Assembly: GCA_036745245.1 (NCBI GenBank) | Contig: DAIOGN010000002.1 | Location: forward strand, 1-54,171 | Direction: 5' to 3' | Source of the DNA: Candidatus Zixiibacteriota bacterium | Lineage (GTDB): Bacteria; Zixibacteria; MSB-5A5; JAUVRN01 | DNA length: 54,171 bases | In this document: positions 46,241 through 54,171 of the stretch, in pieces | Position numbering within the stretch: the stretch's first letter is position 1 | Layout: each line of letters begins with the position of its first letter | Program-made: the position numbers and the translations under genes | The notes under the pieces: model-generated | What the model was told of the DNA's origin: nothing | Databases searched by the model: none | The model's input: the letters and a program-made list of their open reading frames with translations, nothing else

Positions 46241-49159
46241 GTGACGTTTTCACATAGTGGAATTCAAAAGCAGAGATGGTTCCATGGCAGCACGCTCACG
46301 CGAGCACTGTTTGCGCTTGTGTTGACAGTGTGCGGTGCGTGGGCCGAGGGCGCATTCGCCGGCACACTTCGGGGAAAGATCGTGGATTCCCAGACCGGCG
46401 AGCCGCTCATGTTCGTAAGCGTGGTGATTACCGGCACCAACAAAGGCGCCGCGACCGATCTCGAAGGTGTATTCGTCATCCGAGAGGTCCCGGCCGGGAC
46501 GTACGAGGTGAACGTCACCATGGTGGGCTACTCCAAGCGCGTGATCACAAGCGTGGTGGTTCCCGAAGGCGACGCCGAACCGTTGAACCTCACCCTGACT
46601 CCCGAAGTGATCATGGGGGAGGAAATCGAGGTCACGGCAGAAGCGATCAAGAACAACAACGAGGCGGCGCTGCTGCGCGAGCGGCAGAAGGCCTCGTCGG
46701 TGTCGGATGCCATCAGCCAGGAAAACATCAGTCGCTCCGGCTCGAGCACCGCGGCCGACGCAATGGAGAAGGTCACCGGCGTGTCGGTGGAAGACGGCAA
46801 GTACTTCTACGTTCGCGGCCTGGGCGACCGCTACACCAACGCACGCCTCAACGGCGCCTCGCTGGCCAGCTCCGACCCCGACCGCAACTCGGTGTCGATG
46901 GACATGTTCCCCTCGAACTTCCTGGAGAGCATCGTCACCACCAAGACCTTCACGCCCGATCAGCCGGGCGATTTCACGGGTGGCAGCGTAAACATCCGCA
47001 CCACCACGTTTCCGGAGAAGCTCAGCGTGAAGTTCTCCATGTCGGCCTCGCGCAATGACGCGGCGCCACGAGACGACAAGTTCCTCACGTATCCCGGCGG
47101 CGCGACAGACTGGATGGCCACGGACGACGGCACGCGCGCAATCCCCGACGAGCTGGAGGAGCCGGGTCAGCTCCCGAACATCGGCACCACGTTTCGCGAC
47201 TCGACCAAAGCCTACACGCTCGATCACCTGAGCAAGGCCTTCAATCCGAACATGGGGCCCTCCACTCGCACGGTGCCGGGCTACCACAGCGAGGCGCTCT
47301 CGATTGGCAGCCAGAGCCTGGTGTTCGGCAAGCCGCTGGGCTACTTCGCCAGTTTCAGCTACAACAAGAGTCTGTCGTCCTACGAGGAGGGGACGTCCGG
47401 GTGGTACTACCTCGCGGGTCACGTCGACACCAAAACGGAGCTGGAGACCAACCTGTCCTTGAAAGACTACCGCAGCACGGAGGAGGTACTGTGGGGTGGG
47501 ATGGCCAACCTCTCCTTCAAGCCGCATCCGGCTCACAACCTCCACGCCACATACAACTACAACCGTCGCGGCGAATCGTCCACGCGGTACCAGACGGGGA
47601 TCTTCCCGCACACGCTTACCGACGGCACATTTTTCGAAACCCGCACGCTCTCGTACCTCGAGCGCACGCTCCAGGCCGTTCAGGCGGGCGGCGATCATCA
47701 TCTCACCAGCTGGCTCAACACCGACTGGACGGCGTCGTACACAAACTCCAGGCAGGACGAACCCGACCTCAGGTACTTCTCCAACGACTTCACGCCGGAT
47801 GAGGCCAACCCGGTGGACACATTCTTCGACATCAAGAAGTCCAATTACACGCTGCCCACCCGGTATTATCGCGATCTCGACGAGGACATTTACGACGGAC
47901 TCCTCAACACCACGCTCCCCTTCGACGTGTGGGGCGGGCTCAAGAGCAGCGTGAAGCTGGGAGGCAGCCTGAGCCACAAGATGCGCACGTTCCGTGAGCG
48001 GCGATTCACGTACGATCACTCGGGCGACGGCGAGTCGCGCTACGATGGCGACTGGTACAATTACTTCACGGAGGATGTGGGAGTCGTGAGGGTGGACACG
48101 GCGCCCAATGGCAACAAGTTCTACACGTTCGGCCAGTACGTCTATGAGTCGTCGTCCCCTTCCTCCAACTACAACGGCGAGCAGGACATCTACGCGGCCT
48201 ACGCCATGATCGACCTGCCCGTCACGAGGCGATTGCGGCTGATTTCAGGGGCTCGCTACGAAGCGACCCGAATGCAGGTGGAGAGCCTGGACAAGAACAA
48301 GGATGTGGGACTCCTGCACATCAACGACGTGCTGCCGTCGGTGAATGTGGTGTATGCGCTTCGCGACAATATGAACGCGCGCGCCGCCTTCACCAAGACA
48401 CTGGCGCGACCCACGTTCCGCGAACTGGCCCCCTACTCCACCTTCGACTTCGTGGGAGATGGAATCGTCTCGGGGAATCCCAATCTCAGACGGAGCCTCA
48501 TCGACAACTACGACCTGCGGCTGGAGTGGTTCGTGCGACCTGGTGAGCTTCTGGCCGTGAGCGGGTTCTACAAGAATTTCCGCGACCCCATTGAACGCGC
48601 CATCATTTCCAGCCAGAACAACGAGATCCAGTTTCAGAATGTACCGATGGCACGCGTGACAGGAATTGAATTCGAAGCCAGGACCCGCCTCGACCACGTG
48701 TCGGGGGCGTTGCGCAATGTTCAGATCGGAGGCAACCTCACTCTCATGGAGTCGGAAGTGAAGGTTCCCCCCACCGAGCTGGGGGAGCGGCGGTCGCTCG
48801 ATCCGTATGCGCCCGACACCCGGCAGCTGCAGGGCCAGTCGCCCTACCTGATCAATCTGGACGCGGGCTTCAACAGCCCGCGCACAGGTACTTCGATCAG
48901 CTTGTTCTATAACATCTTCGGCGAGCGGATGTCGGAGGTGGCCGTGGGCGGCAGCCCGCACACGTTCGAGCAGCCGCGTGGGCTGCTCGATCTGAGTCTG
49001 TCCCAGAACCTCTGGCGCGGCCTGTCCTTCGGCTTTCAGGCCAAGAACCTCCTCGATGCCAGCCTCAAGAAGACTCAGGAATTCAAGGGTCAGGAGTACA
49101 TCGTCAGCGAGTACAAGCTGGGGCGAACCTTCAAGATGGGGTTCAGCTACAACCTCTAA
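46241..49159 (+). CDS. TonB-dependent outer-membrane receptor with a carboxypeptidase-regulatory-like N-domain, substrate unknown
   Basis: GTG 46241, 5 nt after GGAGA. Signal peptide. GKIVDSQTGEPL...DLEGVFVIREVPAGTYEV, plug, and a barrel ending FKMGFSYNL. Confidence 0.9.
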   Translation: MTFSHSGIQKQRWFHGSTLTRALFALVLTVCGAWAEGAFAGTLRGKIVDSQTGEPLMFVSVVITGTNKGAATDLEGVFVIREVPAGTYEVNVTMVGYSKRVITSVVVPEGDAEPLNLTLTPEVIMGEEIEVTAEAIKNNNEAALLRERQKASSVSDAISQENISRSGSSTAADAMEKVTGVSVEDGKYFYVRGLGDRYTNARLNGASLASSDPDRNSVSMDMFPSNFLESIVTTKTFTPDQPGDFTGGSVNIRTTTFPEKLSVKFSMSASRNDAAPRDDKFLTYPGGATDWMATDDGTRAIPDELEEPGQLPNIGTTFRDSTKAYTLDHLSKAFNPNMGPSTRTVPGYHSEALSIGSQSLVFGKPLGYFASFSYNKSLSSYEEGTSGWYYLAGHVDTKTELETNLSLKDYRSTEEVLWGGMANLSFKPHPAHNLHATYNYNRRGESSTRYQTGIFPHTLTDGTFFETRTLSYLERTLQAVQAGGDHHLTSWLNTDWTASYTNSRQDEPDLRYFSNDFTPDEANPVDTFFDIKKSNYTLPTRYYRDLDEDIYDGLLNTTLPFDVWGGLKSSVKLGGSLSHKMRTFRERRFTYDHSGDGESRYDGDWYNYFTEDVGVVRVDTAPNGNKFYTFGQYVYESSSPSSNYNGEQDIYAAYAMIDLPVTRRLRLISGARYEATRMQVESLDKNKDVGLLHINDVLPSVNVVYALRDNMNARAAFTKTLARPTFRELAPYSTFDFVGDGIVSGNPNLRRSLIDNYDLRLEWFVRPGELLAVSGFYKNFRDPIERAIISSQNNEIQFQNVPMARVTGIEFEARTRLDHVSGALRNVQIGGNLTLMESEVKVPPTELGERRSLDPYAPDTRQLQGQSPYLINLDAGFNSPRTGTSISLFYNIFGERMSEVAVGGSPHTFEQPRGLLDLSLSQNLWRGLSFGFQAKNLLDASLKKTQEFKGQEYIVSEYKLGRTFKMGFSYNL

Positions 49160-49186
49160 TCCGCGGTATCGACGCATTGTCCTCGA

Positions 49187-49218
49187 AGAGGCCCGGTTTG
49201 ACACGGGTCTCTTTGTTT
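49187..49218 (+). terminator. Probable rho-independent terminator after the receptor gene
   Basis: Stem AGAGGCCCG / CGGGTCTCT (one G-U pair), 8-nt loop, followed by TTGTTT. Confidence 0.5.
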
Positions 49219-49339
49219 GAATAGCGAGATGGCTGCCTCATTACGATCCGGTAACGCGGCCGTAATAGTAGACCCACGCCCGGTCGTAAATCCCCACCTG
49301 TAGGTCCTTCCTACGAACCGCAGTCCCATACCGCATACC

Positions 49340-50986
49340 ATGAGGAGGAGCGACATGTTTCAAAGATGGATGGTGGCATTGCTCGTGCTGCTTGTGCCGG
49401 CTGCCGCGCTTGCGCAGCTGGATAGTATCATCGTGACCGATGCCGGATTCGCCGGAGACCACGTGGTGTGGTCGCCCGATTCGGCCAATTTCTACCTTCT
49501 GACCGAATTCATCTTCGTCGAAAACGGCGACACGCTGGAGATCGAGCCCGGCACCGTGATCAAGGGCGAGCCCGGCACGGCCGATTCGGCTTCGGCGCTC
49601 ATCGTGGCTCGCGGTGGGTACCTGATCGCCGACGGCACGCCTTCAGAACCCATCATTTTTACCTGCCAGGCCGACGATCCCACGGATCCGTTCGACCTGC
49701 CTGAGAATCTCCGCGGCCAGTGGGGCGGCCTGGTGCTGCTCGGCGTGGCGGGTACCAACCGTGCCGGCGACTCGGGCCAGATCGAAGGCATTCCCGCCAC
49801 TGAGCCGCGCGCCCGCTATGGGCCGGGAGCGGCGTTCCCCCTCAACAACGCAGACAATTCGGGCATCGTGCGTTACGTGTCCCTGCGCTACGGCGGCACC
49901 GTCATCGGCGCAAACAATGAAATCAACGGCCTCACCATGGGCGGAGTAGGCTCGGGCACCACCGTCGACTACGTCGAAGCTTACAATAATGCCGACGATG
50001 GCATCGAGTGGTTTGGTGGTACGGTGAACGTGAAGCACTTCGTCTCCGCGCGCTGCGACGACGATGGCTACGACTACGACGAAGGCTGGCGTGGAAAAGG
50101 CCAGTACTGGTTGCTCTATTTCGACGACGCCGACGGCAACTCGGGTGGCGAGCACGACGGCGGCACCACGCCCGAAGACGGCATGCCCTACGCGGTCCCG
50201 GTGGTCTCCAACGCCACGTGGATCGGCGCGGGCGACGCCAGCGGTGCATTCAATGATATGGCGTTCAACATCCGCGACAATGCGGGCGGCAAGTACTCCA
50301 ACTCGATCTTCGCCGACTTCTTCGGCTTCGGTGCTCAGATCGAGGATCTGGTGTCGGGCAAGGACAGCCGCGAGCGGCTCGACTCCGGCGAGATCGAGTT
50401 CCAGCGCAACATCTGGTACAGCTTCGGTTCGGGCGACGGAGTGGCTCAGTTGTTCCCCGAGGCCTGGACCCAGGCACACATGTCGGCACCGGCCAATCAG
50501 AACCTGTTCGGCGTGAATCCCAAGCTGACCAGCTGGCCCAAGCCGGGCCGCCCTGCGGATGGCAGCTTCAATCCCATCCCGCAGGTGGGCGGACCCGCCT
50601 CGTCGGGCGGCGTGGTCCCGGTCGATCCGTTCTTTGACGTGGTGACTTACAAAGGCGCGTTCGATCCCAACGGCACCAACTGGGCCCTGGGCTGGACCGC
50701 TCTCGATTTTCACGGCTACTTCGGCAACGGGAACGCCTGCGCCATTATTGTGGATGGCGACCTGAACGCGAGCAACACCGTGACGTCCTCCGACATCATC
50801 ACGCTGGTGAACTACGTGTTCAAGGGCGGTGCAGAGCCGGAGCCGTGCGCGGCCAACGGTGATGTGAACTGCTCGGGATCGGTCAGCTCCGCCGACGTGA
50901 TCACGCTCGTCAACTTCGTGTTCAAGGCCGGTCCGCCGCCGTGCGACATCTGCAACACTCCGGCCGCGCAGGATTGTATCCCGTGA
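49340..50986 (+). CDS. Secreted beta-helix-like protein with a C-terminal six-Cys dockerin-like module
   Basis: Signal peptide (M)FQRWMVALLVLLVPAAALAQ. Alternative start ATG 49355 lies 4 nt after GAGGAGGAG. NEINGLTMGGVG...DDGIEWFGG repeats. Module at 50738..50983. Confidence 0.85.
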   Translation: MRRSDMFQRWMVALLVLLVPAAALAQLDSIIVTDAGFAGDHVVWSPDSANFYLLTEFIFVENGDTLEIEPGTVIKGEPGTADSASALIVARGGYLIADGTPSEPIIFTCQADDPTDPFDLPENLRGQWGGLVLLGVAGTNRAGDSGQIEGIPATEPRARYGPGAAFPLNNADNSGIVRYVSLRYGGTVIGANNEINGLTMGGVGSGTTVDYVEAYNNADDGIEWFGGTVNVKHFVSARCDDDGYDYDEGWRGKGQYWLLYFDDADGNSGGEHDGGTTPEDGMPYAVPVVSNATWIGAGDASGAFNDMAFNIRDNAGGKYSNSIFADFFGFGAQIEDLVSGKDSRERLDSGEIEFQRNIWYSFGSGDGVAQLFPEAWTQAHMSAPANQNLFGVNPKLTSWPKPGRPADGSFNPIPQVGGPASSGGVVPVDPFFDVVTYKGAFDPNGTNWALGWTALDFHGYFGNGNACAIIVDGDLNASNTVTSSDIITLVNYVFKGGAEPEPCAANGDVNCSGSVSSADVITLVNFVFKAGPPPCDICNTPAAQDCIP

Positions 50987-51029
50987 TCATGGACGAACCG
51001 TATTTCATCCCATTGGAAGGAGTGACAGC

Positions 51030-51869
51030 ATGAAGTGGTACCTACAAATCTTCCTGGCGACCACCGCATTGACAGTGACGGCCGCCGCCGGATCCGCCCA
51101 GGGCGCGATCACGAGGGACGTGGTGCGCCTGTCGGATCCTCAGCAGGTCGCCGGTGAGTGGCACGTGGCCCTGCACGTGGAGAACAGCCGCGAACTGGCG
51201 GGCCTCGACCTCCCGCTGCGGTTTGCCGGTGCAGGTTCTCAGGTGGAACTGGTGCGTGTGGAGTTCTCCGATCGCGTGGCCGACTGGGAGTTCCGACACG
51301 CTCAGATCGACAATTCAGCCAAGACGGTGGTGATCGGGCTCATCTCGGAGCTGGTCAACGTTCGGCCGGCCGCCGAGCTGAAGGTGGCCGCTTCCGGGTC
51401 CACCCAGGTGGCCGACCTGGTATTCAAGGCGGAACCGGGGGCCCAACTAGAGTTCGGCACGTTCACCTCCGAAGCGCCGGCGCACCAGCTCACCTTTCTC
51501 TACAACGAGAACGTGGACGGCCAGCCGGTGGTGAAGGAGCTCGTGCCCGAGTTCGAGGCCTACGTGAACTTCCGGGAGGACGTGGCGCGGCCGTTGGAGT
51601 ACGCGCTGTCACAGGCGTTTCCGAACCCGTTCAATCCCACGACCAGCTTCACACTGTCCCTGCCCGAGGCGTCCGACTACTCGATTCGGATCTTCAACGT
51701 GGCCGGCCAGCTTGTGAAGTCGATGGAAGGGCATGTCGAGGCCGGATCGCACCGGATCGTTTGGGATGGTCGCTCTACACAGGGCCAGCCCGTAGCCTCG
51801 GGGACTTATTTCTTCAGCGCTCATGCGGGCTCCTTCCAGGAGACTCGCACCATGACGCTCCTGAAGTAG
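51030..51869 (+). CDS. Cohesin-like domain protein with a T9SS-type C-terminal sorting domain
   Basis: ATG after GGAAGGAG. Signal peptide. A ~165-aa beta-sandwich-like domain with a cohesin-like strand pattern. Tail FPNPFNPTTSFTLSL...IFNVAGQLV...GTYFFSAHAG...MTLLK. The cohesin assignment is by eye only. Confidence 0.8.
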   Translation: MKWYLQIFLATTALTVTAAAGSAQGAITRDVVRLSDPQQVAGEWHVALHVENSRELAGLDLPLRFAGAGSQVELVRVEFSDRVADWEFRHAQIDNSAKTVVIGLISELVNVRPAAELKVAASGSTQVADLVFKAEPGAQLEFGTFTSEAPAHQLTFLYNENVDGQPVVKELVPEFEAYVNFREDVARPLEYALSQAFPNPFNPTTSFTLSLPEASDYSIRIFNVAGQLVKSMEGHVEAGSHRIVWDGRSTQGQPVASGTYFFSAHAGSFQETRTMTLLK

Positions 51870-51945
51870 AGAGAAACGATAGACCAGGCTAGAGGCTGTG
51901 AATAGTGCCCGGGCACACGTGGGCCCGAGCCGGTTCTACACGCGC

Positions 51946-51981
51946 GACGCAGGCTCTGCTCGGCGGCCTGCGTCCGCTTTT
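51946..51981 (+). terminator. Probable rho-independent terminator
   Basis: Perfect 9-bp stem GACGCAGGC / GCCTGCGTC, 11-nt loop, then CGCTTTT. Confidence 0.5.
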
Positions 51982-52151
51982 AACACGGGGTTTACATGGA
52001 CGAAACGTCTCCACTGCTCTCTGAACCGGTGTTGCCAACCTCCCAGGCGGCTATGAATTCGCCACGTAAGCGCGCTGAAAAGACCGAGGAGTGGGGAACG
52101 CGGAATCCCGCCGAGTCGCCGGCGTACGAGTCCGCCCCTCCCCGTCGCGGG

Positions 52152-52844
52152 ATGGAAAGCCGCACCGTCCTCATCGTCGAAGACGATCCCGACATCGCCG
52201 AACTGGTTCGCTCGCGCCTCGAACAGCACGAACTCACCTGCCTGATCGCCGAGGACGGCCCCGATGCATTGCGCCTGGCGCGCCAGGAGCGGCCGGCGCT
52301 CATGCTGCTCGATCTCATGCTGCCCCACATGGACGGCCTCCAGGTTCTCAAGACGCTGAAGCAGGCGCCCGACACAGCCGGCATACCCGTGATCATCATC
52401 ACGGCGCGGGCCGCCGAAGAGGAGCGCGTGGAAGGGCTGCGCCAGGGAGCCGTCGACTATATCACCAAGCCATTCTCCATCCGCGAGCTGACGGCGCGCG
52501 TGCAGAACATGCTCAAGCTGGCCCACCAGCACGATCCGTCGGTCATCTCGGTGGGGCCTCTGCGTCTCGATCTCAATCGCTATCGCGTGTTCGGTCCGGG
52601 AGGATCTTCGGATCTCACGGCCACCGAATTCAAGCTGCTGTGGGCCATGGCCCGCTGGCCCGGCCGCGTCTTCACCCGTGACGAACTGCTGAATCGCGTG
52701 TGGGGCTCGGGCGTGGTGGTCACCGACCGCACGGTCGATGTCCACATGCGCCGCATCCGGGAAAAGATGCGCACCTGCGGATTGAATCCGCGCAGCATCG
52801 GCACGGTGCGCGGCGTCGGTTACAAGCTCAGCGAAGCCAGCTAA
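52152..52844 (+). CDS. OmpR/PhoB-family response regulator (no adjacent histidine kinase)
   Basis: MESRTVLIVEDD, LLDLMLP..DG, ITKPF receiver motifs. Winged-helix TATEFKLLW...VRGVGYKL. The track ORF allows an upstream ATG at 51996. Confidence 0.85.
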   Translation: MESRTVLIVEDDPDIAELVRSRLEQHELTCLIAEDGPDALRLARQERPALMLLDLMLPHMDGLQVLKTLKQAPDTAGIPVIIITARAAEEERVEGLRQGAVDYITKPFSIRELTARVQNMLKLAHQHDPSVISVGPLRLDLNRYRVFGPGGSSDLTATEFKLLWAMARWPGRVFTRDELLNRVWGSGVVVTDRTVDVHMRRIREKMRTCGLNPRSIGTVRGVGYKLSEAS

Positions 52845-52877
52845 GAAGCAGGGTCAGACTCGACTTTCCATGAAAAA

Positions 52878-52926
52878 GGGGCCAGCACACTTTTCCATCT
52901 CGGAAAAGTGTGCTGGCCCTTTTTTA
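52878..52926 (+). terminator. Strong rho-independent terminator (A-run / 18-bp stem / T-run, potentially bidirectional)
   Basis: GGGCCAGCACACTTTTCC - ATCTC - GGAAAAGTGTGCTGGCCC, followed by TTTTTT and preceded by AAAAA. Confidence 0.85.
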
Positions 52927-53279
52927 CTGTACCGGAAACGCCGCTCTTGCGTGAGTGGGCCAGGCCCAGTGGCTGGCGGTCATTTGGGGACACTGGATTG
53001 ACCGGCATCGGCTGTCTGGCAGCTAGAGTCTCACAGCCTGTACGTCCGGCTGCCGAGCCTTGTGCAGTCCGATCCTTGCAGCGCACTTCGCGGACCTCAT
53101 GGTGCATCCGGTGATCTTGCCTCCCTATTCTAGGGGCGCCTCGGTCGTAGGACAGATCTAGTGAGTTTCGTCCGTAGAGACGAGCCACCGTAAGTTCACT
53201 ATTGCGCCACTTTCGGCGTTTCTGTTAATTGCCCATATATCGATGACCGGCATGCGTTTGTTTTTCTTGCCTCAAGCCG

Positions 53280-53840
53280 GTGAGAAGCCAGGGAGGACGC
53301 GTGGAAGCGTCCAAGTCGCCAGAAGAGGGTCGGAAAGCCAGACGACTGGTGCAGTGCGCGGTCTGCTCCTTTTGCAGGCAGCGGCGACCTGGTGTGGATG
53401 GCTGCGCCGAAGTGTGCCCCCTTTCCGCGTTCTTGCGCCCTGGTCGGGCACTGTTGGTAGACCCGGGCAAGCCTCGCGATCCGCGTGTCAGACAGGCCCT
53501 TGAGGTACTTCAGGCGGAATGGCACAGTGCGACTTCCGCAACGTCCCTCGCAGAACGCCTAAGAATCAGCCCGTCTCACTTCAGGCGTCTCTTCAAGTCT
53601 GATCTTGGCGTGCCGCTGGGGCGCTATGTCCGCGCTTTGCGGCTTCATCACGCCGCGAGGCTGTTACTAACGACCGATAAGCGGGTTTCCGACATCTGCT
53701 TCGGCGCCGGTTTCGAGGGGGTGGCCATCTTTGACCGTGCGTTCCGGGGCGCTTTCGGCGTCACGCCGTCGGACTATCGCCAGCGCGCACAAGCCAAAGT
53801 TCAGGCGCGAACAAAAGGCGGAGATCGGGGAGCTGAATGA
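53280..53840 (+). CDS. AraC/XylS-family transcriptional regulator (short N-terminal region, start uncertain)
   Basis: C-terminal double HTH: SLAERLRISPSHFRRLFK...ALRLHHAARLL...VSDICFGAGFEGVAIFDRAFRGAFGVTPSDYR. The N-terminal ~75 aa are Cys-rich and poorly supported. Confidence 0.6.
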   Translation: MRSQGGRVEASKSPEEGRKARRLVQCAVCSFCRQRRPGVDGCAEVCPLSAFLRPGRALLVDPGKPRDPRVRQALEVLQAEWHSATSATSLAERLRISPSHFRRLFKSDLGVPLGRYVRALRLHHAARLLLTTDKRVSDICFGAGFEGVAIFDRAFRGAFGVTPSDYRQRAQAKVQARTKGGDRGAE

Positions 53841-53873
53841 TCAGAAATGTCAACGAATAGTCAGAATTGTCAA
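53841..53873 (+). promoter_or_regulatory. Direct-repeat candidate operator
   Basis: TCAGAAATGTCAA (53841-53853) and TCAGAATTGTCAA (53861-53873) match at 12/13 positions. Centre-to-centre spacing is 20 nt. AT-rich setting immediately after the AraC stop. Confidence 0.3.
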
Positions 53874-54171
53874 TCCTTTCTTCTTGCGGTTTCCGGGAAG
53901 TGCCCGACCTTACTCGATAGAAATCCGGGGATTGGCGACCGATTGGCCGGGCTTGAGCGACTCGATCTCTTGTGCCCTACCAAGGCTAGTGCTGGGAGTC
54001 CACATTCTCAGCGGGTAGGTGCTCCCCTGGCGGATTTAGCAACACGTCCGCCGATCCCCAAGGCGATTGAAAAAGGGGCCTAGCGTGAAGCTCTCTATCC
54101 TGCGTTTCCCTAGTCAATGCCTATTGATGGAGCTCTGTTGGCTTTTCGTGATGCCAGGCGTCGGTACCCTA

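Noticed and set aside
46250-48019. 589-aa minus-strand ORF
   Set aside because: Antisense to the TonB-dependent receptor 46241..49159. It has the low-complexity Arg/Gly/Val composition typical of GC-rich shadow frames.
54075-54171. Possible gene start VKLSILRFPSQCLLMELCWLFVMPGVGT
   Set aside because: Only 32 codons lie before the window edge, there are no motifs, and the Shine-Dalgarno context is weak. Not reported as a feature.
1-54171. CRISPR arrays, rRNA, prophage or defence-island signatures
   Set aside because: No regularly spaced repeats, rRNA motifs, phage structural genes or recognisable defence genes were seen on either strand. The only selfish elements are the IS and the HigBA-like pair.

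Overview
GC-rich bacterial chromosome segment with about 45 genes. Third codon positions are dominated by G/C, and many long antisense shadow ORFs in the track are artefacts of this. All calls come from hand translation and motif recognition; no database search was run.

Probable origin (inference): an uncultivated member of the Bacteroidota-related FCB group. The basis is three T9SS-type C-terminal sorting domains and two TonB-dependent receptors with carboxypeptidase-regulatory-like N-termini.

Gene content, left to right:
- ECF sigma factor paired with a Ser/Thr kinase carrying TPR repeats; DoxX protein; a second membrane kinase; ZIP metal transporter.
- Membrane-anchored Hsp20.
- GH1 / GT21 / LpxH-like cluster.
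- A lower-GC block of secreted proteins (14.4-21 kb) ending at an IS481-like element that abuts a tRNA(CAT), followed by a decaying HigBA-like toxin-antitoxin pair.
- A long minus-strand run: YbjQ, S8 peptidase, HEAT-cyclophilin lipoprotein, beta-CASP MBL hydrolase, ABC-2 exporter, TPR protein, fused membrane/spermidine-synthase-like protein.
- M20 dipeptidase.
- A TPP-riboswitch-controlled TonB receptor / SSS transporter / thiamine pyrophosphokinase operon.
- IMPase.
- A second TonB receptor followed by a dockerin-like protein, a cohesin-like T9SS-tailed protein, an orphan response regulator and an AraC-type regulator.

Most unusual signal: an ~80-aa, six-cysteine, double EF-hand (dockerin-like) C-terminal module recurs on six otherwise unrelated secreted proteins, plus one half-module mini-protein. 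Two cohesin-like domains are also present. One of them is fused to a T9SS tail and sits directly downstream of a module-bearing gene. This suggests an outer-surface docking system.
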